Below, one piece after another: positions 1-12,354 of a stretch of DNA of 64,000 nt; the first letter of the stretch is position 1, and each line of letters begins with the position of its first letter. The notes beneath the pieces are model-generated. The model was not told where the DNA came from, made no database searches, and saw only the letters and a program-made list of their open reading frames with translations. The translations under genes were made by a program, and so were the position numbers. The DNA comes from Azolla caroliniana (lineage: Eukaryota > Plantae > Polypodiophyta): positions 4,030,001 to 4,094,000 of the forward strand of contig JBHGNT010000012.1 in the NCBI GenBank assembly GCA_043228905.1, given 5' to 3'.

Positions 1-748
1 TCCTTCAGTCTTCGAACCGACTCTGCCTGCTCGTCGCCCCACTCAAATTTACGTCCCTTCTTCAGCAACCCGTAAAGTAGCTCCGCGACGTGTACATAAT
101 GCGGAATCCAGATATGGTAGAACGCGCACGTGCCTAGGAACCTTTGCACCTCCGTAACCGACTTGCATTCTTCTTTCATTGCGGAGATGGCTTCTACTTT
201 TATCGTAGACAGCTCCCAACCATAAGGCCCGCACAAGTGCCCGACCACTAGGATCTCCGATTGCTCGACAGCTGATTTCTCTCCGGAGAAGGTGAGTCAC
301 GCGTCCTCAAGTCTTTGAAGCACCTTCTCGTAGTCGCCGGTGTGGTCCACTTCGAATCTTTGGCATTCATCCAGCCCAACCATTTCGTCCTTCTCTTCCA
401 TCGGACACCCCTTTATCGGGATGTCGTCTAAGAACGGCATGGTGATGTCCGGGATGCAGTACCTCAGCACCTTGTTCATCGCATTCACCATGTGTGCCAC
501 TGAGTTGGTCCCTCCTTGTGGTAGGGTACACATCCGCACTAGTCCGAGAGGAGTCCACATCATCATGATATCCCTGCTCTCCATGGCTAGTTGGAACTGA
601 TCGTATCCTGAGTATAGATCATCGACCGAATTGATCAACCTTCCAGCGAAGGCCTCCGCAAACTCGTCAATGGTCGGTCCGACACCTGCGTTCTGAATGG
701 TCACCTTGTTGACCAGCTGTAGGTCCTGAATAAAGCGCAACGTGTCAT
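1..748 (-). pseudogene. Ty3/Gypsy reverse-transcriptase fragment (same Trp-primed family as 749-7034), cut by an LTR insertion at 749
   Basis: ORF 297-740 has RFIQDL...DLYSGYDQF...LPQG...PFLDDI RT motifs, nearly identical to ORFs 4445-4816 and 40784-41224. Confidence 0.9.
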
Positions 749-1373
749 TGTCGTGGAGAAAACTGTCCCTAGGAAGAATCGGTGCATAGTGTGCATAAAC
801 CGACCCTTACACACGAGCACATGTTTTGATGTATGCACATAGTTAAGAACAGGAAGGCGATGTAATTATCCTCAGTTGCACGAATGCATTTAGGTAGGGA
901 ATCAAAGAGGATCTTTGTCTGCTAGGACAGAGAATAAAAGTGATGTAACAGTCTGTAACGTCTCTCTCTCCTTGTGTTATAAAAGGAGAGAAAAAGGGCT
1001 GAGTGGGGGATTGTGCGTTTATGTCAGGATGAAGTGTTGTCGGACTAGGAACCGAGCTCTCTCCTCCACCATCGTTGTTGTTTCTGTAGGGATTTTGGGT
1101 TAGGTTGGCTGCCTCTACTGGGTGAAAGCCCGCATGCTTCCGGTAGAGGCTCCACCACATACTTCAGCGCGCGTGTTCGTCTGTGTTGAGTCTGTCACCA
1201 GCTTGCCGGTTGTAACATTGCAAGCTCTAGAATCTATACTATTATTGGAAATGATTCTTTCGTTTTTGTCTCTTTGTGTTTATGCGAACCTCTCTTCCTC
1301 TTCTCTCTCGCGCTCGGTTTAGGGCTCATGCGGTCCCGCCTTATTCCATACGTGTGAGCGTAACGACACGACA
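749..1373 (+). repeat. 5' LTR (type A)
   Basis: TG...CA termini, TATAAAA box near 978, closely matches 7588-8215 and the reverse complement of 43440-44115. Confidence 0.92.
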
Positions 1374-1379
1374 TCAATT

Positions 1380-1397
1380 TGGTGAACCTGACGTGAA
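1380..1397 (+). promoter_or_regulatory. Primer binding site complementary to the tRNA-Trp 3' end
   Basis: TGGTGAACCTGACGTGAA versus the reverse complement of plant tRNA-Trp 3' end TGGTGAACCCGACGTGAA; same motif at 26778, 32280, 43418-43435(-), 55413-55430(-). Confidence 0.85.
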
Positions 1398-1420
1398 GCA
1401 AGGCGGTAGAGGAATCGAAA

Positions 1421-3547
1421 ATGAGGGGATCAGAGCTCGCCGAAGCCATGGTGGCAGCAGTCGATCGGATAGTAAGTGCTCGCGAGGGCACGGGCGCCCT
1501 CGACAGGGCCATTGAAGTAATTCTCGACACAATAGGCTGGTTCGATGGGAAGGACACCATGAGTTATTTGATGGCCTACTGGGCCGAAATGGTGATGAGG
1601 GACATTCTGGAGGAGAGGCGTCTGGTTGGGTTTCCCCAGGTAGCGACACCAGGCATCCACACAGAGGTGTTCGAGGTGCAGGTTGGATGCCTGACTTGGG
1701 GAAAATTCGAAGCGCGGCTCCTCAAGCGGTACGGGCTTGATGATACGCTTCGGTTATTGAAGCGGGACTTTATGGATTGGGTAGAGAGCCCAAGAAAGGG
1801 GAGGAATGCGTCAGCGCTCCTCTGGGAGTTCGAGGAACGCTTTGCACGTCTTTCGGCACTATACAAGACCGTGTTGCACACGAGCCGTGTCCTTTTATTC
1901 GTCAAAGTTGTGGACGTGTGGGATCGGGAGCAAGTGGGTCTCTTGCTGGAGACGGACGATGGACTGACGGCCGACTGGGCCGTGATAAAAGGGATCTGCA
2001 GCCATTTCGACAAACGGCATCAGTGGGTCAACAAGGGCTTGTCGGGTGCAGGAGCGGTTGCAGCAAGAAACCTCGAGGGACCCCCGCCGGCGCGAAAAGA
2101 GGAACCCCGGGGATTGGCTCGAGATGGGCTCAACATCGACCGGCGAGGTCAAGGGACCATCGGGAGGAGCGGCTCTTGAGGAGCTGACACAAATGGTGCG
2201 CGACCTGCAAATCGCACAGGCCGGAAGAGACGATGGGGGGTAGCCACGTGACCGGAGGCCACCAGTTGGACAACGGTGTATGTGGTGCGACGCGGTCAGA
2301 CACAACCGGCGAGACTGTGTGGAGTTTGCCGAAGCCCTCAAGGGTAATGTGGTATTCCTGTGGAACGGACGGGTGCACGGTGGTGATACCCGGAGAGCCG
2401 TGGAAATGAATTTCGGGCACGGTGGAATGAAGCGGCTAATGGAAGAAGCGGAGGCACGCTATGCAGAGGCCGTCCATTATTCGGCATTGGCCAGAATTCG
2501 GGTGGGAGATAACCAAGACCGGAAAGCGAAAGACTCGGGCTTCAGGCCCTTGGTGCAGGAAGGCCTCTCCGGCACACGACTGAAGAAGGAAAAAGCGGAC
2601 CGCGCGGAGCAGCGGGTCCGGGAGGTCACTAGATGGGACGATCCGGTTGAGGAGAAGATTGGTTTCGTGGAAGCCGCGTGCCAGAACTACGAGATTCTGA
2701 TAGAAGACAAGCACGCGGGAAAGGCCGGAGGTGCCGGTCCCTCATAGCCGTATGAGACCCGGTTCGGGCAGAAGCAAAACGATGCCTGCAACCTGGGCGT
2801 ACCGGACAAAGCGAAGTGGGCCGGTTACCGGTTGAGCATCGAGATAGAAAGAACGATGGACCTGCGGAAGGTCCTTAAGGAACGAATCCTCGACAACAAG
2901 GTGGAGTTGTCGCTACGGGAAGTGCTTGGGATCGCCAAGAAAGAATTCCATCACTCCATCGTGGACTTGGCGAAGCGGAAAAGGCTTTCGACGGAGACGG
3001 AGTCGAGAGGCCGGTGGAGGTGCGAATGACGTACCTAGAAGACATGGCCCTGGAAGACGAGTTGGCGGAAAGCCACTATTCAAAGTTGCATTGGGCAAGA
3101 GCCACTACGGAGACCCCGGTTAGGATCGGGGACGTCCAGGAGCCGGTGGTGGCATTAGTAGACCACGGTTTAGAGATCAACCTGATGTCTATGGACTTCT
3201 ACAAGAAAGGCAAGTGGTAGATCAACACCAAGCACGGGTGGAAAATATGAGCGGCGACGCGCGCCATGGAGGAGCTGCATGGGGCCTGCCCGAATGTGCA
3301 GGTGAAAATCGGTGATGTCGAGATCGATCAGCACTTCTTCGTGCAGGAGACATCCTCGCATCCGGTGATACTCGGAGAACCGTACATTACGACAACGCGT
3401 ATGGAGACGAAAGTGTTGGATAACGGTTTGGCGTATGCACGCGTGAAGAGCCAAGATGGACGACACTCCATCCAATTTCTAACCGTGCGATTGAGCCATG
3501 AGGTAAACCGCGAGAACCTCGGCGATGAAAGCCGAGGGTATTTTTAG
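1421..3547 (+). pseudogene. Gag-protease ORF1 (stops and frameshifts)
   Basis: Gag (WFDGKDTMSYL...), zinc knuckle CMWCDAVRHNRRDC, aspartic protease ALVDHGLEINLM...ILGEPYI; ends GYF* at 3547. Confidence 0.85.
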
Positions 3548-6500
3548 AGAGGGCTATCGAGGCGTGGGGCCACGGTAGTCCAGGCATCTCGAAGGATCCC
3601 CACACATGTATCATAGGTAGGAAGTTTAGGTTCTCCGATAGTGGAGGTTGTACGATAACCGGCATCATTGACTGGGAGAAGAAACGGGCAGAGGAACAAC
3701 TCAAGAAGCGTGGAGTCCTCGTCCTCTATGAGGAAATTAGTGGCGCTGTGGAGGCGGTCTCCTTCGACGACACCCTCGGGGAAATCGGGAAGGTGATTGA
3801 AGAAGGCCTCAGCGAAGACCGGATGATTCTGGTTAACTCGGTGGGAATGTACCAAGTCATTACTGACTTCGAGGAAAGGGTCAGGTCGGAGCGGACAGCC
3901 TGCGTGGATACAACGTACAAGACTGTGGACCGGAAGGTGAGGCCAGTCGCCGCACCCTTGCCAGAGGGCAGTGGGGAACGAATCAAGGGGGTTGCGAGGG
4001 ACCCAAGTTTGTGGAATCCGGTCGGCATAGGACACCGGTTCACCGACATAACGCTACGAGAGCTCAATGTTGGTGGGGGTGGCTTCCTACTTCCGGCGGA
4101 CGAGGAGAGGTTTTGGGGAATGCTCGGAAGGCACGGTAAGGCCTTCGCGTTCACGCCGGGGGAGATCGGGTGCATGGACCCAATGATCGTGGAACCAATG
4201 GTGATCTTCACGGTACCGCATGTACCGTGGAATCTCAAGCCGATTCCAATACCCAAAGCTCACATCCCGAAGTTGATGGAGATGCTGAAGCAAAAGGTGG
4301 AGATGGGCATCCTCGAGCCGTCGAGTGCCCCATATTCAAACCGGTGGTTTACTATGCCAAAGAAGAATGGCACGTTGCGCTTCATTCAAGACTTGCAACC
4401 GGTCAATAAAGTGACCATTCGAAATGTAGGTATCGGGCCGACCATTGACGAGTTTGGAGGCCTTCGCCGGAAGGTCGATCTATTCGGTCAGGGATCTATA
4501 CTCGGGGTACGACCAGTTCCAACTAGCTGTGGAGAGCAAGGATTTTACGACGATGTGGACTCCTCTCGTCCTAGTGCGGATGTGCACCTTGCCGCAAGGA
4601 GGGACCAACTTGGTGGCGCGCATGGTGAACGCTATGAACAAAGTGCTGAGAGATTGCATCCCAGACATCACCATGCTGTTTTTGGACGACATACCGATAA
4701 AAGGGTGTCCGGTGGAGGATAAGGATGAGTCGGTTGCACCGGACAGTTGCCGGAGGTTTGTTGCGGAGCACATCAAAGACTGCGAAAAGGTGTTACAAAG
4801 GCTAGAGAGAGCGTGACTCACCTTCTCTGGAGAAAAATCGGCGTTCAGTCAATCAGAAATCTTAGTGGTCGGTCACTTGTGCGGGCCTTATGGCCGGAAA
4901 CCGTTATCGGCAAAGGTCGAAGCCATTTCCACGATGAAGAAGGAATGCAAGTCGGTAACGGAGGTGCGGAGGTTCCCGAGGGCGTGTGCGTTCTACCATA
5001 TCTGGGTTCCGCATTACGCACATATTGCGGAACCTCTCTACGGGCTACTAAAGAAAGGACGCAAATTTGACTGGGGCGAGGAACATACGGAATTTGTCTG
5101 GAGATTGAAAGAAGCACTGACCGCGGCACCGGCACTCCGTAAAGCGGTTTACGACAGAGACGTTCCAATCTATGTAACCGTAGATACAAGCCCGGTCGGG
5201 ATAGGATGGGTGATCAGTCAAGAAACGAGGGCGGTACATGGTTCCCTATCCGGTTTGGAGCGAAGGTACTTAGTGAGCGACAGCGAGGATATGCCCAAGT
5301 TAAGCGCGAGCTTTGGGGTATTGTTTCGGCAGTCAACGCCGACAAAGATTATCTTATCGGGACGGAGGTAATAATCGAGACGGACTGCCTACCGATCCTC
5401 GGAATGGTTTCTGGATGCGGGACGCCGGACCTGGCAATGGTCAGATGGATAGTGTACATCAAGTCCTTGAGTCCGGAGATACAACACATCTTCGAAAAGG
5501 ACAACGCCATGGCCGACATGCTTTCAAGAGCGCGGTTCGACGACGAGGACGGCATGGTTTCGGAGAGCGAAGAAGTCGGCGAGGATTTCTTCGAGTCAGC
5601 TCACCTAGCAAGGGTAGGTAGCACCCTGGTGCTTAACGAGTTTCACGAGGGTGAATATAAAGGGGAGTGGCTTAGGATCGGTAGATTCCTGAAGACAATG
5701 ACACCAGACATTGTGTGGACGAAAGACAAAGTTAACCGGGTCCGGAAGAAAGCGTACCGGTTCTTCTTGCGGGACGGGAACCTATGGAAGCATCCGAAGA
5801 AGAGAGGCGGCATCCCACTACGAATAGTGGTAGGAAAGGAGGAGAGGGAGATGTTGCTCGCGGCGTACCACGAGAGTCCTTGGGCCGGTCACCGTGGGAC
5901 TTGGGCCACGTTCGCGAAGCTAAAGGAGAAGTATTGGTGGTCGAGGCTATACTGGGATGTGCACCAGTTCGTGATGATGTGCGAGAGCTGCCAAATGCAC
6001 TCCATGATCCGGCATCGAGACGAGCTGCACTCGACCCACCCCCCGACCGTCCATTTCAAATGGATGGTAGATTTGGTGACGATGCCGATGGGGGTAGGAT
6101 AGATGTCGTACCTGGTGTTGGTGCGAGAAGATTTTACTGGAGGTCCGCACACTACAGAATAAGACGATTGCGGCGGTGTGCCAATTCCTGATTGAGGAGG
6201 TGGTGTGCCGGTACGGGTGCGTAAGGAAGATCGTGGTCGATCGGGGGGAGCTGGACGTGCAGGAAGCCAAAGAGTTGTTCGACCGGCTAGGGGTCAAGCT
6301 CTCCCTCACTACGGCGTACAACGCAGAGGCGAACGGGAAGATATAACGAGGGCACGGCCCAATCGTGAAGGCACTGGTGCGAGCGTGTGAAGGACAAGTC
6401 GGGAATTGGCCGCGGCTTCTACCTTTCGCGTTGTGGGCGAACCAGACTATGCACAGTTCAGTGACCGGGTTCATGCCGGCGGAGTTAATGTACGGGCAAA

Positions 6501-6950
6501 AACCGATTATGCTGGTGGAGCGGGCAATCTCCTCATGGGCTGCCATGGACTAGAGAGATGAGATGAGCTGGGAGGAGCTGTTAGTGGCGCGAATCCGATA
6601 GCTCGAACAGAGACCGGAGGACGTGGAACGAGCAACGACGAAGTTGCATGTAGCGAGGACAAAGAACAAGGGGCAACTGGGTTTTGGTCTACGACAACAG
6701 CCTCGACAACCAGCACAAGACAATGCGGAAGTTTGCGAGGAGGTGATTCAGGCCTTACACAGTGACAAGCGCCAATGACAACGGCACCTACCACCTCATG
6801 GAGCTCGACGGAATAAGAATAGTTGTGTCGGTGGCCGGGAAGAGGATCAAAGCGTTCAAGAAGCGGCACGAGGACGAACCGGACCCAGAGAGCATGAATG
6901 GCGACGATGACCGGTTCGGAGCAAGTGGCGAACCAGAGAGTGGAAGATAA
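3538..6950 (+). pseudogene. Pol ORF2 RT-RNase H-integrase (disrupted)
   Basis: Frame open from 3538 into YKTVDRKVRPV; RT motifs; RH VTVDTS...RELWGI...ETDC; HHCC zinc finger; integrase YNAEANG and GPY C-terminus. Confidence 0.88.
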
Positions 6951-7587
6951 TCGCGAACCGGTCTTCTCCGGCAAAAGTCTATTCTGGCGCATATCGGAGG
7001 ATGCGCGGTTAGGTGGGGGCGGATGTCGTGAAGAGGTTCCCCATCTGATTCAGAGTGAAGGTGCAAAGTGAGCAGCAGCGAGGATACACCCAAGTTAAAT
7101 GCGAACTCTGGGGTATCATTTTGGTAGTCAAGGCCGATAAAGACTACTTGATCGGGACGGAGGTGATAATCGAGACGGTCTCCCTATTGATCCTTGGTAT
7201 GGTTTCAGGATGCGCGATGTCGGACCTAGCAATGCTTAGGTGGATCGCGTACATTAAGTCTCTGAACCCGGAGATACATCACAACAAGGGCAAGGAGCAC
7301 TCCGGCACTTAATGAGTTCAACGAGGGGGAGTACGACGGGGAGTGGCTCCAGATCGGCAGGTTCCTGAAAACAATGGTGCCGGACGCGGCATGGACAAGG
7401 GAAGAGGCTAACCGGATGCGGAAGAAGGCGTACCGTTTCTTCCTACGGGACAAGAGCATATGGAGGCACCCAAAGAAGCGAGGCGGCATCCCACTCCACA
7501 TAGTGGCAGGAAAGGCAAAGCGAGAGGGGTTGCTAGGGGCATACCACTAGAGTCCCTGGGCCGGACATTGCGGGACATGGGGGACGT

Positions 7588-8215
7588 TGTCGTGGAGAAA
7601 ACCGTCCCTACGAGGAATCGGTGGATAGTGTGCGTAAACTGGCCCTTACACACGAGCACATGTTTTGATGTATGCACATAGTTAAGAATAGGCAAGCGAT
7701 GTAATCATCATCGGTAGCACGAATGCATTTAGGTAGGGAATCGAAGAGGATCTCTGTCTGCTAGGACAGAGAATAAAAGTGATGTAACAGTTTGTAACGT
7801 CTCTCTCTCCTTGTGCTATAAAAGGAGAGAAAAAGGGTTGAGTGGGGGATCGCGCGTTTATGTCAGGACAAAGTGTTGTCGGACTAGGAACGGAGCTCTC
7901 TCCTCCACCATCGTTATTGTTTCTGTAGGGATTTTGGGTCAGGTTGGTTGCCTCTGCTGCGTGAAAGCCCGTGTGCTTCCGATAGAGGCTCCACCATGTA
8001 CTTCAGCACGCGTGTTCGTTTGTGTTGAGTTTGTCACCGGCTTGCCGGTTGTAACATTGAAAGCTTTGTAATCTATACTGTTATTGGAACTGATTCTTTC
8101 GTTTTTGTCTCTCCGTGTTTCTGCGAACCTCTCTTCCTCTTCTCTCTCACGCTCCTCGGTTTAGGGCCCCCGCGGTCCCGCCTTATTCCATATGTGTGAG
8201 CGTAACAACACGACA
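7588..8215 (+). mobile_element. Solo LTR (type A) with 4-bp TSD ACGT, inside the integrase zinc finger
   Basis: ACGT at 7584-7587 and 8216-8219; removing it restores GTWGTFEKLKEKYWW. Confidence 0.93.
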
Positions 8216-9283
8216 ACGTTCGAGAAGCTAAAGGAGAAGTATTGGTGGATGAGGTTGTACCGAGACGTGCACCAATTCGTAACAACATGCGAAAACTGCC
8301 AGATGCACTCCGCGATCCGACATTGAGCCGAGCTACACCCAACCTACCCACCGACCGTTCATTTCAAGTGGATGGTAGACTTAGTGACGATCCCGATGGG
8401 GGTAGGGCAGATGCGGTACCTAGTGCTTGCGCGAGGGGTTCTCGACAAACCAAGTAGAGGGCCACGCATTCCCGAAAGATGACTACAGCCATATGCATGT
8501 TCTTAATCAAAGAGTTGGTATGCCAGTACAGGTGCGTAGGAAAGATAGTAGCTGACCGGGGAGAGCTGGATGCGCAGGAAGCCAAAGATTTGTTCGACCG
8601 ATTAGGGGTTAAACTCTCCCTCACTACGGCGTACAACCCAGAGGCTAACGGGAAGGTAGAACGCAGGCATAGGCCGATCGTGAAGGCATTAGTACGCACG
8701 TGTGAAGGTCAAGTTAGGAGTTGGCTGCGGCTCCTACCTTACGCACTATGGGCGGACCGAACTATGCACAGTTTAGTGACCAGCTTCATGCCGGCGGAGC
8801 TGATGTACAGGCAGAAGCCGATGATGCCGGTGGAGCGAACAATTTCTTCCTGGGCCGCGGTGAACTGGAAGGACGAGATGAGCCAGGAGGAGCTGTTGGC
8901 AGCGCGGTTTCGACAACTCGAGCGAAGACCGGAGGACGTGCAACGGGCTAAGGTGAAGCTGCACACAGTGAGGGCGAGGAACAAGGGCCGGTTCGACCGA
9001 ATGCACCGGCTATGATTGAAGAAGATCGAGGATGGCGACTAGGTGTTGGTTTATGACAACAGCCTCGACAATCAACTAAAGGCAAAGCAGAAGTTTGTGA
9101 GGAGGTGGTTCGGGCCCTACATCGTGACGAGTGCGAACGATAATGGTACCTACCATCTTGCGGAGCTCGACGGGACGCGGATAGCGGTGCTAGTAGCCGG
9201 GAAGAGGATCAAGGCTTTCAAGAAGCGGCATGAAGACGAGCCGGACCTGGGACAACAATGACAACCGGTTTGGAGCGGGTGAT

Positions 9284-9617
9284 GTTTCGAAGAACAATGG
9301 GTGAGTACGAGCTAGGTTTCTCCAGCATTTGTCCCTCTCTGGCACATGCCGGAGGATGCACGGTTTGGTGGGGGTGGATGTCGCGGAGAAAACCGGCCTT
9401 AGGTGGAATCATGGAATTCGGCGCGTGTAACGGCACTTACGCGTGTGCAAGTTTCAGAGAACAACGGGTGAGTACGAGCCGGGTTTCTCCAACATTTGTC
9501 CCTCTCTAGTGCATGCCGGAGGATGCGCGGTTTGGTGGGGCTGGATGTTGTGGAGAAAACCGGCCTTAGGTGAAATCATGGAATTCAACGCGTGTAACTG
9601 CACTTACGCGTGTGCAC
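9284..9617 (+). repeat. 167-bp tandem duplication spanning 3' UTR, PPT and LTR start
   Basis: Two copies, with LTR starts TGTCGCGGAGAAAACC at 9379 and TGTTGTGGAGAAAACC at 9546. Confidence 0.88.
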
Positions 9618-10293
9618 TCAAACCAACACATTGTACATAACTATGAATACGCCGGCGGGATGTGTATATCCTAGGGAGAATATATTAATAGGCTAGTAAA
9701 TTGAAGCGGATCTTTGTCCGAAGGGACAGAGAATAAAGATGATGTGACTCGGATGTAACGGTCCTTCCTCGGCGGCCTATAAAAAGGGAAGGGGAGACGG
9801 CTGAAAAGGGGTATCGCGTTTTGGTGAGGACGAGGTGTTGTCGGACTGGGAACCGAGCTCTCTCCTCCTTTATCAGTGTTCACTACAGGGTTGGGTCAGT
9901 TGCCTCTACTTCAAGGGAAGCCTGAGTGCTTCCGGTAGAGGCTCCATTGTGTGCGTGCGTGGGTGTGTGGTCGCCTGTGTTGGGTCTGTTGCCGGCTTGC
10001 GGGTTGTAATCTTGCAAACGTTGTAATCTTTCTTATTATTAGTGTCGATTCTCCTGTTTCCTATCTCCCTGTGTTCTGCGAGTCTCTTGGTACGCCGACC
10101 GGTGAGCGTGCATCTTGACCAATCAGTGTACACGTTCGTGATTTAGTCAACCAGTAAGCGTTGTCGGTTGTAATCAGGCCTATCTGACTCCACGCTCGCG
10201 TGCTTCTCGCTTCCTCTTCTTTCTCTTGCTCCTCGATTCAGGGCCCCCGCGGTCCCGCCTTATTTTCCTACGCGTGAACGGAACAACACAACA

Positions 10294-11007
10294 ACGTAGA
10301 GGGAGAGCACGCACATACACGCACCCGTTGATCCTTCACAACCATATTTATGGAAGGCCCGATAGACCTAAGTATATATATTTATACGCATATTAATAAG
10401 TACGAAGACTACGGTTCGGTTCACTGTGCTTTCATGCACGCTCACACACGCACATATGTACAGAAACAGAAAGAAGAAACTCTGAAGACACAGACGCACG
10501 GAACTTCACTTATGTATATTTACAAGAGCGAGATACAACTTCAGCTTCGAGTCGGACTAAGGTAGGTTAGGTTACAACAACAGAAGCTGCCGAGCGGGGA
10601 GCTCTCGGGCTCCTCGCGCCGAGCGGGGTCTTGCATAGGAGACAGAGCAGAAGCGAAAACCCCTTAGGACATACAAGCTCTTAACCGGACTAAACCCTAA
10701 ACAGACACGAAAACTCAACCCACACGACGATGAAGAAGAAGAAGAAGACCTAGATGAATCCCTAAAGAAAGTAAGTAAGAAAGTAAGTAAGAAGAGAAAC
10801 CTACCATACCTTGGACCTAAGTGGTATACCCTCCTAACTAAAAATGCGCAACCCCCACACAAGAGACCCTCCCTTCCTTTTATAGCACAAGAAGGGAGTG
10901 GTGTAATAATGTGGGATAAATATCCCTTATTACAAGGGATAGTCTGTCCTGTTATTACTCCTATTCGGCGCCTTAAAGGCACGAGCTACCTTTGTACATC
11001 CTTTACA
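10294..11007 (-). mobile_element. Partial LTR related to the type C LTRs (26247, 31709)
   Basis: Reverse complement has TTATCCCACATT...CTATAAAAGGAAGGGAG...GGTATACCACTTAGG as in type C LTRs; TG start at 11007. Confidence 0.65.
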
Positions 11008-11475
11008 AGAGTGAGTGCACACAATTTTCGCACTGTGGCCGCGAATCCTCACGACACCGTACACATTGACACATGTTAGAACCCATATCGTTATCTGCCA
11101 TTCGAACCATTGCTTCCATGCGACTTAGCTCACATGCATTGAGATGTGAGACAAGGCGTTGGGGCACACGTGATGAGAGTGGTCGGCTATGCACACTTTG
11201 CCCTAAACAAGTTCGCGAATCTAAGTATCGCACTCTGATTCTGATACAATGCTCTGCCTTTGATCATATTCGACCATGCTTTCCACATCTCTTCGACCAA
11301 GCCCAATCCTTGCATGAATTCCTCTCATAACCACAATGTGCACTCTCGATTGCAACATTCATTGGTAAAGTTCTTGAACATCAAGAGTCACTACTCACTT
11401 TTACATGTATCACGTGAAATGTAATATTTTTGGTCTCATAGGTCATATTTGACCTCCGAAGACGATAATATAATC
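11008..11475 (+). mobile_element. Non-LTR retrotransposon (LINE) 3' end remnant
   Basis: ORF 11073-11330 RLSSHALRCETRRW...RLCTLC...CSAFDHIR resembles the LINE C-terminal Cys/His domain; ends at a (CT)n tract. Confidence 0.65.
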
Positions 11476-12354
11476 TCTCTCTCTCGCTCGCTCTCTCTCC
11501 TAATTCATTTCCATTGCACGCAATCATATACTTGATTGTTTACAAATACTAATGCCGAGCCATTGATGAAGAATAAGTTGAGCTCTTGCATCGACATGCA
11601 ACCCTAAAACACTCCAAACCTAAATACCCTCCATCAAAACTTAAACCCTCAACCCCAAGTAAATACTAAACAATTTTACATACATATATGCACATGCATA
11701 CACATATTCACACATCCTTCTTTTCCCATGGACATTACATATACATACACTCTCCTAGTTCTTCTACGCAATTCCTTATTTCATAAGGTCCCTTTTTTAC
11801 TAAATGTAGCCCCCATTTAATTGTATACGTTATAATTATAATCTTCCATTATTTTGTTAATACAAATTAATGTCTTTGACATATATATTCTCTTTTTTAT
11901 CATAAAGTAAAAATGGTCTACCACACACACACACACACATTGTCAATTCCAAGGACAATTAAAAAGTAAAGCTCGAAACTTTCTATGAGAGGTACAAGCA
12001 AAGGAATCAACGAGGCATGTGTGTAAAGGAATACAAAGACAAACACTTCGCGACAAAGGAATACAAAGACAAACATTTGGCAACTTAATCAATCGAATGG
12101 AGGCAAGAACGAGTATAATAAAAGGCCAAAGAAGGGGCCGAATCTTGGAACAGTGAAAGCACGAACTTTGCTAGAGAGTCGGACACATATGAGGTGGGAT
12201 CAATCAGGGGCACAAGAATCAAAGAAGGATACGGAAGGAGGAGGTGGAGGAGACAAGGGCCTCGTGGGGGAGAGAAAGAAAAAAGGCTGGGAACTTTGTC
12301 GACGAGAGGTAGGCGAGAGGTGAAGGAATGTGTTTTTGGGGGAGGGGGCCGGTC

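Larger units (their letters stand above)
749..7034 (+). mobile_element. Degenerate autonomous-type non-chromovirus Ty3/Gypsy LTR retrotransposon (Phygy/Selgy-like); 3' LTR truncated after about 11 bp
   Basis: 5' LTR 749-1373 (TGTCGTG...CACGACA); tRNA-Trp PBS; gag with CX2CX4HX4C; protease, RT (FLDD), RNase H, integrase with GPY motif, no chromodomain; PPT GGTGGGGGCGGA then TGTCGTG at 7024. Confidence 0.9.
7035..10293 (+). mobile_element. 3' half (RNase H-integrase-PPT-3' LTR) of a second related Gypsy element with a different LTR subtype
   Basis: RH/INT ORFs 7055-7312, 8479-9015, 9043-9261; PPT; LTR 9546-10293 (TGTTGTG...CACAACA) followed by ACGT. Confidence 0.85.
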
